DNA of 30,306 nt from Oligoflexales bacterium (lineage in GTDB: Bacteria > Bdellovibrionota_B > Oligoflexia > Oligoflexales > Bog-1112). Under the pieces are notes generated by a model. It worked only from the letters and a program-made list of their open reading frames with translations. It was not told the origin of the DNA and made no database searches. Position numbers and translations under genes: made by a program. Shown here piece by piece: positions 9,922 to 19,190 of this stretch; the first letter of the stretch is position 1, and every line of letters begins with the position of its first letter. The DNA is taken from NCBI GenBank assembly GCA_045106415.1, contig JBGCEP010000062.1, positions 1 to 30,306 of the forward strand, written 5' to 3'.

Positions 9922-9942
9922 ACCACCTCCTGTAGATAGTGG

Positions 9943-9969
9943 TTATCGGATGTTCAGCTAAAATATTTA
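9943..9969 (-). promoter_or_regulatory. Sigma28 promoter, best match in the window
   Basis: TAAATATT-N11-TCCGATAA (TAAA-N15-TCCGATAA), about 22 nt from ATG 9921. Confidence 0.7.
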
Positions 9970-10193
9970 AAATGTTTTTAATGAACTCTGAAATTTCAAA
10001 ACGTTGCACCAAATTATTTTAACAACAAGATTATATTTTCTTCAACACGGTATAGGTATCGATCTCTGATATAATTTTAAAAGCTTTATTTTAAATAATC
10101 ACATCTCTTTGCATATAAAACATTTCTTGATCTTCTTTAAACGATAAAAAGGACAAAAAAGCTGACTATGGCTTACTTCATCTTCGCGCAACC

Positions 10194-10220
10194 TTTAGTT
10201 TTTATAACTTCTACCGATTA
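10194..10220 (+). promoter_or_regulatory. Putative sigma28 promoter
   Basis: TTTAGTTT-N11-ACCGATTA, about 31 nt from ATG 10251. Confidence 0.62.
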
Positions 10221-10250
10221 TTCTTAAAGACACTATACATCGAGGCAATT

Positions 10251-10826
10251 ATGAGAGTTTCAAAACTTAAGACCACTCGCTATATGCTTTTTCTCATAAC
10301 AGTGATGATTTTAAATCATGGATGCCAACGCTATCCCACTCAAGGAAGTTCAACTGAGGCTCAAGATTCATCACAGGCAAATTCTACGCCTGAGCCTGAG
10401 CCTGAGCCTGAAACAAATTCCACACCACATGAAGCTTCTATCACGAATGTGATGCAAAAAGCTCGTGACGCTATCCACTCTGCATCAACATCACTAAATC
10501 GTGACGTTGAAAAAAACTCGAGTGCCTGGACATGCACAAAAGACAGCTCTCCAGTCGTACTCTACAACGCTGAGCACAATCAGTTAGTATACTGCCACAA
10601 TGGGAACTGGAAACTTGTTCCTCAAAATCACGCAAAGGCCAAGGTCCAGAAAACTCACAAGCATCCTAAAAAGCAAGCACCTAAAATTTATCAGACAGGC
10701 CACAAACAAATTTGTGGAAACGGAAAGTGTAGACCAAGAACCCTTGAAGATGCTCCGGCAAAAGAACAAGACGAATTTACTTGCCGAAGCAATGGGAAGC
10801 AGTCCTACGTCTGCCGTGGCCGTTAA
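10251..10826 (+). CDS. Hypothetical Cys-rich lipoprotein
   Basis: Basic N-terminus, hydrophobic stretch and HG-C lipobox-like site. PE repeat linker (CCTGAG tandem, 10389-10412). Six further Cys. RBS GAGG. Confidence 0.7.
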   Translation: MRVSKLKTTRYMLFLITVMILNHGCQRYPTQGSSTEAQDSSQANSTPEPEPEPETNSTPHEASITNVMQKARDAIHSASTSLNRDVEKNSSAWTCTKDSSPVVLYNAEHNQLVYCHNGNWKLVPQNHAKAKVQKTHKHPKKQAPKIYQTGHKQICGNGKCRPRTLEDAPAKEQDEFTCRSNGKQSYVCRGR

Positions 10827-10836
10827 AAGCAACAAC

Positions 10837-11067
10837 CTACTCTGGCAATCCTGTTGTGAGCGCTAAAGCATGAATTTCTTTATGCATCCAACTCCCTAGC
10901 GATTGGTAAACCATTTGGTGCTGCTGAACTAAGCTTTTTCCTTCAAATTCTGGTGCTCTTACTTCTAGCTGCCAATGGTCCCCACCACCAGTCATATCGT
11001 AAGCTCTAATTTTTGTTGCTTCAGGAAAAGTTTCACGAAGACGTGATTCAATCATTTGAACATCCAT
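10837..11067 (-). CDS. bolA: BolA/IbaG family protein
   Basis: GGGDHW..FEGKSLVQQHQMVYQSL..EIHALAL signature. Confidence 0.93.
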   Translation of the reverse strand: MDVQMIESRLRETFPEATKIRAYDMTGGGDHWQLEVRAPEFEGKSLVQQHQMVYQSLGSWMHKEIHALALTTGLPE

Positions 11068-11143
11068 AAAAAGACCCTTTACTTGTCAGTAACGCTTGAA
11101 GCCGCCATGATGGCTTAAGGTGTGCAAAAAATATAGGTGAATC

Positions 11144-12571
11144 ATGACAAAGCTTTTTTTAGCCTTATGCTTTTTTACAAGCTCTCAAGTCCTCAGTGAA
11201 CCATGGCTGGGGACTCGATTTGCCCAAAACTGCGGGGCATGCCACGCTCCATCTCGGATAAACCTTAAGTCCCAAGATAGGCGGTGTACGTTGTCATGCC
11301 AAGGCTGCCATGTCAATCCCAGTGGCGGTGGACTTCGAAGTTTTTACGGAAAATGGAATAGCAATCGATGGTTAAAAAGTTTTCAATCTTCAAAACTGCA
11401 TCATGATCTCAATCCTGCTCCTCTGGATGAGCAAATTTATGGGCAAACACCTTATCGACGTCGAAAAACAAGTAAAAGAAAAATTTTGTCCAAAGGAGTT
11501 CCTCTAATCGAAAGCACTCGCAAGTTTGCTGAAGAAGCCTTTGCACGTAAGAAACACAGATATGGAAAAATAGCATCTCATAAATCTCATTACTTATATC
11601 AAGTCCCTCAAGGAGACCCTTGGAGACAAATGACATTGGGCAAGATTGATGGAGGAGGAGATTTTCGATATTTTGCGTCCTCAACATCAATAAACGATAG
11701 TGAAAAAGGAAACTCTGATCATTGGGTCAATTTTCTTATGAACGCTGATTTAGCTCTACGCTACCGACCTTTTTATCGATCTCTTCACTTGGTCTATGAA
11801 TCCCGCATCTATGGAAACCCTACTCCTCAAACACAGCGATTTCAATATTTAGCAGGATCAAGCACACGAAGTCTTTACGCCCTTGTTGACAACCTCCCGT
11901 ACAACACCTACGTCATGGCAGGGTACTACCGCCCGCTCTTTGGACAATACACAGCAAATCATCGAGCTCTTGGTCAGAGATTGCAATCGTTTCTTATTTC
12001 AAATTCCAGCTCGGGATCTCACTCTTTGAGCTTTGATGCCATCTCAGTTGGTGCAGCTCCAAACGTCCCTTTTATTAATATTCACCGTATTAATCGCCGT
12101 ATCGGCTCTGCTGAAAAAATGGAGGGGTTTATCACTAACATTGGTCTGCGCTTTGTGACTATGGGCTTAGCCTTAAACCACTCTTATTGGGGAACCACAG
12201 AAGGCCAAACTCAACTAGCTCTTCACTCCATAAGCGCAATGGCGACTTGGAAAAAACTAATTCTAGGATGGGAAACTCTTATCCTAGAACGTGGAGACCC
12301 TGGGGACACTCGAAACAGTCAAGTTCACACACTCGAGGCAAAGTGGAGGCTTTGGCGTGAAATCTATCTTGATAGTTCATTTGCAACAGCCAACACAAGT
12401 TTACAAGCCACGGCAGGTTCTGCTGGACAAACATCTTTAGGCGTCCGCGGTTTTCTTTACCCAGGAACAGAGGTTGCTCTTTATCTCGACCAAAGCACAC
12501 ACAACGTGACAGAGACCTCTATCACAACTGCAACCACAGGGTGGAGTTTACAGTTCCATGGGTACTTCTAG
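11144..12571 (+). CDS. Exported c-type cytochrome fused to a putative outer-membrane beta-barrel (two CxxCH)
   Basis: Signal peptide; CGACH (11231-11245) and CQGCH (11297-11311) followed by VNPSGGGLRSFYG; alternating amphipathic strands; C-terminal beta-signal WSLQFHGYF. Confidence 0.8.
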   Translation: MTKLFLALCFFTSSQVLSEPWLGTRFAQNCGACHAPSRINLKSQDRRCTLSCQGCHVNPSGGGLRSFYGKWNSNRWLKSFQSSKLHHDLNPAPLDEQIYGQTPYRRRKTSKRKILSKGVPLIESTRKFAEEAFARKKHRYGKIASHKSHYLYQVPQGDPWRQMTLGKIDGGGDFRYFASSTSINDSEKGNSDHWVNFLMNADLALRYRPFYRSLHLVYESRIYGNPTPQTQRFQYLAGSSTRSLYALVDNLPYNTYVMAGYYRPLFGQYTANHRALGQRLQSFLISNSSSGSHSLSFDAISVGAAPNVPFINIHRINRRIGSAEKMEGFITNIGLRFVTMGLALNHSYWGTTEGQTQLALHSISAMATWKKLILGWETLILERGDPGDTRNSQVHTLEAKWRLWREIYLDSSFATANTSLQATAGSAGQTSLGVRGFLYPGTEVALYLDQSTHNVTETSITTATTGWSLQFHGYF

Positions 12572-13186
12572 CAATACTACAAGTGGTTCTTCAATTTTTT
12601 GCATGATACTCAGTCTTTTTTATATCTTCTTAAACACTCAAAAAGAAGTTTGATTCTGCGTAAGCACTTCGTAAGGAGTATTAAACCTCTAATCTTAAGA
12701 AGGAGGAACAAAATAAACATCTTTAAAATAGCAAAGACTCACAAAGAGAACTGGTTTAAAAGGAAGCAACAGAAATTTGCAAATTTCGAATCGAAAAAGA
12801 ACTTTCAAACACGCAAAATATTAAGATATTAGTCAGACTTAACTGTTTTACTTCACTTAGTGAAGAACAAACATCAATTTAATTTCATAAGAAAACTATG
12901 GTACATAGCGCATGAAATATCCGATTTAGATGGAAGGTCTCGCATGATATTCAATGACATTTGAGACAAATAAGCACGAGCATCATTGTTTTATTTAAAG
13001 CGCAGCTCATTTTGAAAAGAAGAAGTGATCATGATCACGTATAAACCTTCTTTTCACCGATATTCTTCAAAAATAAAAACGATTATAATCAAAAAACTTT
13101 CTTCATTTCGTGCAAGAACATGACAAACAATATGATTCTATGGAATGATACCCCCATAAAATCAAATTACTTTTCCGAGGTTTCAT

Positions 13187-13819
13187 ATGCCCCCATTTCT
13201 TTCAACATTGAACCAACAGCGTAAGTGGCATCAATTTCGAAAATCATGCCATACAAAAATGGAAAATATGCACGAGATGGAAGACCCTTGGGATAGTCAT
13301 CACAATCTTAAGCCTATAGCCTACTGCAGTGAAAGAATTTTAGGAAAAACAAAATACCAAAAAGGGCTCGAAGTCGGTTGCGGGCAAGGCCTTCTTACTC
13401 CACATTGGTTGACATACTGTCACTCTTTGACATCACTAGATATTTCAAAACTTGCTATTGAGAAAGCGCGCCAAGAACATCCAAATCTTGACGATCGAGT
13501 ACAATGGGTTTCACAAGACATCCATAAATTTCATCAAAGCCCGGATCATTACGATGCAATTTTTTTATCGTATGTTGTCGATTACCTTGGATATCAAAAT
13601 TTCCCAAAACAAGTCACATCTACATTTTTAAAACTCCACCACATCTTAAAAAAAGGTGGAGATCTCATCATTATCAACCCTATGTATAGTGGAGATGATT
13701 TGCAAAAAAATCTAGTCATCGACCAAATTTTGCAACATATAGGGTTTCAGATGGACAATGGCTTGATTCAAGGAAAATATCCTGAACAATTCAGTTTTAG
13801 GCGCCTCAAAAAAACTTAA
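13187..13819 (+). CDS. Class I SAM-dependent methyltransferase (NodS-like)
   Basis: Motif I GLEVGCGQG, LDIS..AIEKAR, YDAIF and LKKGG; N-terminal EDPW. Confidence 0.85.
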   Translation: MPPFLSTLNQQRKWHQFRKSCHTKMENMHEMEDPWDSHHNLKPIAYCSERILGKTKYQKGLEVGCGQGLLTPHWLTYCHSLTSLDISKLAIEKARQEHPNLDDRVQWVSQDIHKFHQSPDHYDAIFLSYVVDYLGYQNFPKQVTSTFLKLHHILKKGGDLIIINPMYSGDDLQKNLVIDQILQHIGFQMDNGLIQGKYPEQFSFRRLKKT

Positions 13820-13820
13820 G

Positions 13821-14642
13821 CTAAAAGACAGAAGAGCCTTGAATCTGGATATAAGAAATAAAGAAATCACTCACAAGAACAGCAACAAGAGAAACGACCA
13901 CCGCTGTTGTTGTTGAAGCTCCAACTCCTTTTGCACCACCTGAACTAAAAAATCCTGAATAACAACCTACGGTTGAAATAATAAAACCAAACACCATTGC
14001 TTTTTGCATTCCTTGCAAAACGTGTTTCGGCTGCGTAATCCATCTCATTTGCGTAAAAAAGATGCCTTCATCTATTTGAAACAATAAAATTCCAATAATA
14101 TATGAAGAAGCAACACCGACAATAATAAAAAAAGCTGTTAAAAATGGCATCATAAGAATCGAAGCCATCACCCTCGGAACAACTAAATAATGCACAGGAT
14201 TCACCGACATGACTCTCATTGCGTCGAGCTGTTCATTGACTTTCATCGTTGCTATTTCAGCTGCCATTGCTGAACCCGCACGACCAGTAACCAAAAAAGC
14301 CCCTACAATAGGGGCTAATTCACGAGAAAGAGCAAAAGAAGCTGCCGCACCAATCATTGCTTCAATTCCAAACAGTTTAAAAATTTGTCCAAACTGGATT
14401 CCAAAAACCGCTCCAATCATCATAGCTGCTAAAACAATAATCCAAAAACTGCGGATTCCCACAAATTCCATCTGCTGAAACAACAATCGAAAATCCCAGG
14501 AGCGACTCACCGCACATCGAAAAACTTGAAGACAAAACAGAACGTATCGCCCCAAAGCACTCAAAGGCTGAACACTCAAGGACCCAAACTTTATCACAAC
14601 ACTTTGAAAAAGACGCCCTATAGGATGCGATGCGAGCTGCAT
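13821..14642 (-). CDS. mlaE: ABC transporter permease, MlaE family
   Basis: RELAPI..GRAGSAMAAEIATMKVNEQLDAMRVMSVNPVHYLVVPRV and GGAKGVG..TT..VV. ATG 14642 follows GGGAGA. Confidence 0.93.
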   Translation of the reverse strand: MQLASHPIGRLFQSVVIKFGSLSVQPLSALGRYVLFCLQVFRCAVSRSWDFRLLFQQMEFVGIRSFWIIVLAAMMIGAVFGIQFGQIFKLFGIEAMIGAAASFALSRELAPIVGAFLVTGRAGSAMAAEIATMKVNEQLDAMRVMSVNPVHYLVVPRVMASILMMPFLTAFFIIVGVASSYIIGILLFQIDEGIFFTQMRWITQPKHVLQGMQKAMVFGFIISTVGCYSGFFSSGGAKGVGASTTTAVVVSLVAVLVSDFFISYIQIQGSSVF

Positions 14643-14661
14643 ATACTGTTTCTCCCAAAAC

Positions 14662-14692
14662 AAAAAAGAAGGGATCCCACGCCCCTTCTTTT
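14662..14692 (-). terminator. Intrinsic terminator hairpin between the SH3 lipoprotein gene and mlaE
   Basis: Minus strand reads AAAAGAAGGG-gcgtgggat-CCCTTCTTTTTT: a 10-bp stem with a U tract. Confidence 0.75.
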
Positions 14693-14714
14693 ATTCTTAC
14701 AATAAGTTTATCTC

Positions 14715-15512
14715 TTACTCATCATATTCTTCTTGCTGCTGATATTCTTGGTCATTTTCTTGATTATACTCTTCATTGTCTTGATTGCCATCTTGGTTCT
14801 CTTCTTCAGCATTATTTTGAGTCTGAGCATTCAACTCTGCTTGATCAAATTGCTGTGAATTTCCAAAGTTTTCTTGCGTCCCTTGTTGATTCAAAGATGA
14901 GTCTCCGAGAGCGTTCAAATCGTTTCCTTGATTAAATGGATTTTCTCCACCATTCCCAAGGTTTGCATTCACGTCTTGTGTATTTACAGGCGGCGCAGGA
15001 GGAGTACTGCTCCAAGCTTGAGAGTCTGCTGTTCTTGGAACAATTTGTTCACTCAACGAACCTTCGGATATAAAGCGGCCTTCAGCAATTTGAGCCCAGC
15101 CATCCCCAGGTATCGTCACCATCAAAACATCTCCCGCTGTAAGCGTAGTCACAGGAGAGCCATCAGCAGATGGTTGTGCATACACCGATGTTCCATCAGA
15201 AATCACATAACGCACAACACGAGAGCCTGGATCTAAGTTTGAAGCCCCAAATCCCGCAGCATTATTTGGCGCTACAGCTTGCTCTAACCCAACTTCATTC
15301 ACAGCAGCGTTGGCAAGGTTGTCTAAACCACCATCACCCAATTCATTAAATTGTTCAAGATCAGTATCTCCACCATCATTTTCAACAACTCCATCTTCTT
15401 GTTGCCCTTGCTCAAGTTCTTCTTGTTGCCCTTGTTGTTGATCATCTGACGCACAACTTACAAAGCCAAAAACACTTACACTCATCCAAAAAAACACCCA
15501 TGAAACCTTCAT
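14715..15512 (-). CDS. Lipoprotein with a bacterial SH3-like domain between Q/N/E-rich disordered regions
   Basis: MKVSWVFFWMSVSVFGFVS-C lipoprotein signal. ATG 15512 follows AGGAGG. VRYVISDGTSVYAQPS..VTTLTAGD..GWAQI..FISEGSLS matches the SH3b pattern. Confidence 0.8.
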   Translation of the reverse strand: MKVSWVFFWMSVSVFGFVSCASDDQQQGQQEELEQGQQEDGVVENDGGDTDLEQFNELGDGGLDNLANAAVNEVGLEQAVAPNNAAGFGASNLDPGSRVVRYVISDGTSVYAQPSADGSPVTTLTAGDVLMVTIPGDGWAQIAEGRFISEGSLSEQIVPRTADSQAWSSTPPAPPVNTQDVNANLGNGGENPFNQGNDLNALGDSSLNQQGTQENFGNSQQFDQAELNAQTQNNAEEENQDGNQDNEEYNQENDQEYQQQEEYDE

Positions 15513-15545
15513 GGAACCCTCCTGATAGGTCAATCCATACACTTC

Positions 15546-15572
15546 ATATCGGGTGCTTTTGGCTTTACTCAA
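15546..15572 (-). promoter_or_regulatory. Putative sigma28 promoter overlapping the rdgB stop codon
   Basis: TTGAGTAA-N11-CCCGATAT, about 34 nt from ATG 15512. Confidence 0.5.
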
Positions 15573-16156
15573 ACCTTCTGAGTAGGAAGATTTTGCTTAA
15601 AAGCTTGTAAAAAAACCTCAACAGCCCGTGATCTATGGCTCATGCTATTTTTGTCTTCAATCGACATTTCAGCTAGCGTCGTTTGAAGACCTTCAGGTTT
15701 AAAGATGGGATCGTAGCCAAAACCACTCAATCCTCTTGGTTCATCAAGAATGGTTCCTGATAAAGCCCCTTCAAAAGCATGCTTTGCTCCACATGCTTCA
15801 ATGACATAGAGCGAGCATACAAATCGAGCCTGACGATCTTTTTGATCTTTCAGCTCATACAAGACTCGTTCCATACCAGAGCGTTCATCCTGACCATATC
15901 GGGCAGAAAACACTCCTGGGGCACCACCAAGTGATTTCACTTCTAAACCTGAATCATCTGCAATCACCATACACTCAGTATAACTCCGAACTGCCTCTGC
16001 TTTGATCCTTGCATTATCATGAAAAGTTTGCCCAGTTTCATCCCAAGACAAGTCAGTAAAACAATCTACGGAGCAAACTTCAAAATGCGGACCTAACAAC
16101 CTTTGAAATTCTCGAACTTTCCCTGGGTTTTGCGTTGCTAAATAAGCTTTTTCCAC
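15569..16156 (-). CDS. rdgB: dITP/XTP pyrophosphatase (Ham1 family)
   Basis: ATQNPGKVRE, ETGQTF..NARIKA, ADDSGL..APGVFSARY, GFGYDPIF and SHR motifs. Confidence 0.96.
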   Translation of the reverse strand: MEKAYLATQNPGKVREFQRLLGPHFEVCSVDCFTDLSWDETGQTFHDNARIKAEAVRSYTECMVIADDSGLEVKSLGGAPGVFSARYGQDERSGMERVLYELKDQKDRQARFVCSLYVIEACGAKHAFEGALSGTILDEPRGLSGFGYDPIFKPEGLQTTLAEMSIEDKNSMSHRSRAVEVFLQAFKQNLPTQKV

Positions 16157-16250
16157 TTTTTTCTTCCTTTGAACTCTAAGCTAGGTTGTGATAATTTGTG
16201 CGACTCAGCGTGGGATGCTACCACAAAAGTTCTGTCTAGAGGAGATCTCA

Positions 16251-18668
16251 TTGTCATCTGCATACGAAGCTCAAAACATCAGTTCCATTGAAAAAAAATG
16301 GCAAAATTACTGGGAAAAGCATGAAACCTTCCGTACGGAAGATATGAATAGTGCAAAACCTAAGTATTATATTTTAGATATGTTTCCATACCCTTCGGGG
16401 AGTGGGCTCCATGTCGGTCACATTGAAGGCTATACAGCAACCGACATCATGGCTCGTTACAAACGCATGAAAGGATTCAATGTTCTTTATGCAATGGGAT
16501 GGGACGCTTTTGGGCTTCCAGCTGAACAATATGCTGTAAAAACAGGAACTCACCCTCGAGACACAACGAAAAAAAATGTAGATACTTACAAAGATCAAAT
16601 GAAAGCCGTAGGTCTTTCTTATGATTGGTCTCGAGAAATCAACACAACAGACCCTGAATATTTTAAGTGGACACAGTGGATTTTTCTCAAACTTTTCGAT
16701 GAAAAACTAGCCTATCAGTCCTTCGCTCCTGTGAATTGGTGCCCAAATTTAGGAACTGTTCTTGCAAATGAAGAAGTCATTGACGGGCGCTCTGAAGTTG
16801 GAGACCACCCTGTAGAGCGGAGAAATATTCGTCAATGGATGCTAAAAATCACAGAATACGCTCGAGAGCTTCTCGATGGCCTTGATGATCTTGATTGGCC
16901 CACATCAACCAAAGATATGCAGCGCAATTGGATTGGTTACAGCAAGGGCGCCCGTGTTAGGTTCGAAGTTCAAGAACACAACACCAGTTTCCACGTATTC
17001 ACGACACGCCCAGACACACTATTTGGGGCAACTTTTTGCGTTTTAGCTCCTGAGCACCCACTTGTCAGTCAGATTACGACAGCCAAACAAAGGGGCAGTG
17101 TCGAATCTTATACTGAGCAATGTTCTCGCCAATCAGAAAGAGATAGAACAGCTCAAACGGATAAGACAGGCGTTTTCACAGGTGCTTTTGCTATAAATCC
17201 TGTCAACAACCAACCAATTCCTATCTACATCGCAAGTTATGTTCTTATGGGGTACGGTGAAGGTGCAATCATGGCTGTTCCAGCCCATGATACAAGAGAT
17301 CACGCCTTTGCTAAAGCTTACAACATTCCGATTATCCGAGTTCTTTCTGGAGGTCCAGAGAATATTCAAGAAGAAGCTCACACTGGTGATGGCGAGCTTG
17401 TCGATTCTGACTTCTTAACTGGACTCAATAAAGAAACGGCCATTCAAAAAGCTTTAGACTGGCTTGAAAGTCATGAACTAGGAGAAACCCACGAAACCTG
17501 GAAACTAAGAGACTGGGTTTTTTCAAGACAGCGTTATTGGGGAGAACCGTTTCCGCTTGTTTTAAATGAAAAAGGTGAAGCCCAAAGAGTCCCAGACAGT
17601 GAACTCCCCGTTTCTCTCCCTGATGTTGAAGAATTTCAACCAACAGGAACTCCTGAGCCCCCACTTGCAAAAGCGGAGGCGTGGTTAGATTACGCAAAAG
17701 GGCTCACTCGAGAAACAAATATCATGCCTCAGTGGGCAGGTTCATGTTGGTACTATCTGCGTTTTATTGACCCTAAAAACCAGCATCAACCTTGGAGCCC
17801 GGAAGCAGAAAAGCACTGGATGCCAGTCGACCTTTACGTCGGGGGGGTAGAACACGCGAATCTTCACCTTCTGTACGCTCGTTTTTGGCATAAAGTTCTT
17901 TATAAGCTTGGACTTGTCTCAACGCCAGAGCCTTTCAAACGCCTTGTTCACCCCGGGATTGTTCTGGGCAGTAACCACGAAAAAATGTCAAAAAGCCGTG
18001 GTAATGTTGTGAACCCGGACTCAGTAGCACAAGAATGGGGCGCTGATACCCTTCGTCTCTTTGAAATGTTTCTTGGTCCATTAGAACAAGTTAAACCTTG
18101 GAACACGAGTGGAATTACAGGTGTTCACCGATTCTTAAAAAGAGTTTGGAGACTTGTTGTTGATGAAGACAATTCTCTTAAGCCAAAAAACGCTGTTGAA
18201 AAGAATAAAGCAATTCTCTCTGAACTTCATAAAACCATTGAGAAGGTTTCTCATGACACCGAAGACATGCGCTACAACACCGGCATTGCTTCAATGATGG
18301 AGCTTGTCAATACGATTTACAAAGAAGGTGGGCTCATCGCACAAGACACAGCCAGCGTTCTTGTCCGCCTTTTAGCACCTTACGCCCCCCACATGTGTGA
18401 AGAGCTTTGGAGTCGACTTGGCAATAACGACACTATTGCTTATGCCTCATGGCCTGAGTTCGATTCAAGCCTCATAGCATCGGACTCAATGACTCTAAGT
18501 GTGATGGTGAATGGAAAGTTAAGAGCAACTCTTGACGGTCCTGTTGATCAAACAAAAGATGTTTGGTTAGAATCAGCAAAAACAGAAGTTGCAAAACACC
18601 TTGATGGCAAAACAATTCGTCGAGAGGTTTTCGTACCTGGAAAAATCATTAACTTTGTCTGCTCGTAG
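16251..18668 (+). CDS. leuS: Leucine--tRNA ligase
   Basis: MFPYPSGSGLHVGH, editing-domain FTTRPDT/GEGAIMAVPAHD, SRQRYWG and KMSKS. TTG 16251 follows GAGGAG. Confidence 0.98.
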   Translation: MSSAYEAQNISSIEKKWQNYWEKHETFRTEDMNSAKPKYYILDMFPYPSGSGLHVGHIEGYTATDIMARYKRMKGFNVLYAMGWDAFGLPAEQYAVKTGTHPRDTTKKNVDTYKDQMKAVGLSYDWSREINTTDPEYFKWTQWIFLKLFDEKLAYQSFAPVNWCPNLGTVLANEEVIDGRSEVGDHPVERRNIRQWMLKITEYARELLDGLDDLDWPTSTKDMQRNWIGYSKGARVRFEVQEHNTSFHVFTTRPDTLFGATFCVLAPEHPLVSQITTAKQRGSVESYTEQCSRQSERDRTAQTDKTGVFTGAFAINPVNNQPIPIYIASYVLMGYGEGAIMAVPAHDTRDHAFAKAYNIPIIRVLSGGPENIQEEAHTGDGELVDSDFLTGLNKETAIQKALDWLESHELGETHETWKLRDWVFSRQRYWGEPFPLVLNEKGEAQRVPDSELPVSLPDVEEFQPTGTPEPPLAKAEAWLDYAKGLTRETNIMPQWAGSCWYYLRFIDPKNQHQPWSPEAEKHWMPVDLYVGGVEHANLHLLYARFWHKVLYKLGLVSTPEPFKRLVHPGIVLGSNHEKMSKSRGNVVNPDSVAQEWGADTLRLFEMFLGPLEQVKPWNTSGITGVHRFLKRVWRLVVDEDNSLKPKNAVEKNKAILSELHKTIEKVSHDTEDMRYNTGIASMMELVNTIYKEGGLIAQDTASVLVRLLAPYAPHMCEELWSRLGNNDTIAYASWPEFDSSLIASDSMTLSVMVNGKLRATLDGPVDQTKDVWLESAKTEVAKHLDGKTIRREVFVPGKIINFVCS

Positions 18669-18685
18669 GGCGAAAGGAGAGTGTC

Positions 18686-19129
18686 TTGTACTTGTTTCTG
18701 AAGTGGTTACATCTTTTAGCCATCATCAGTTGGATGGCAGGCATTCTCTATTTTTACCGTCTTTTGATTTACCACAGAGAGAATCTTACAGACTCTTCTC
18801 GGTGTGAGCTTCTAAAACTTATGCAGTTCCGCTTATACCGTTACATTACAGCTCCAGCTATGGGCATCTCTATTCTTGCGGGTATAGGGCTGATTTACAA
18901 GATGCCTCACTTGTTACACTCCTGGTGGCTCATCATCAAAATTTCTTGCGTCGTTTTCTTAATCTATTCGACTTCTTATGGAAAAAAAATATCCAGACAA
19001 CTCGCTCAAGCAACTCCGGAGCAAGCTGAAAATCTTCCTTCCTCAACCACTCTACGTATTCTCAATGAGGTCCCTACAATTCTCATGATGCTTATTGTCG
19101 CTATGGTTGTCTTTCGACCTTTCTCATAA
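18686..19129 (+). CDS. hemJ: Protoporphyrinogen IX oxidase HemJ (UPF0093)
   Basis: KWLHLLAIISWMAGILY..RL..YH, RLY..I..PAM, W..K and RILNEVPT; four TM helices; RBS AAGGAG. Confidence 0.9.
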   Translation: MYLFLKWLHLLAIISWMAGILYFYRLLIYHRENLTDSSRCELLKLMQFRLYRYITAPAMGISILAGIGLIYKMPHLLHSWWLIIKISCVVFLIYSTSYGKKISRQLAQATPEQAENLPSSTTLRILNEVPTILMMLIVAMVVFRPFS

Positions 19130-19133
19130 ATAC

Positions 19134-19175
19134 AAAAAAGAGCGTTTCCCTCAAAATAGAGAAACGCTCTTTTTT
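19134..19175. terminator. Bidirectional intrinsic terminator between the convergent hemJ and HTH genes
   Basis: AAAAAAGAGCGTTTC-N12-GAAACGCTCTTTTTT, a perfect 15-bp inverted repeat with A/T tails. Confidence 0.9.
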
Positions 19176-19190
19176 ATCAAATGCTGAGAC

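Noticed and set aside
11111..11126. Sigma54-like TGGC-N7-GTGCA (GG-N10-GC) upstream of the cytochrome-porin gene
   Set aside because: Imperfect match, and the predicted start (~11137) would cut into the RBS; not supportable without data.
12599..12832. 77-aa Lys/Arg-rich ORF
   Set aside because: TTG start, no RBS, composition typical of AT-rich non-coding DNA and no recognisable motif.
13056..13063. ACCGATAT as a further sigma28 -10 element (also TCCGATTT at 12920)
   Set aside because: No -35 element at the correct spacing.
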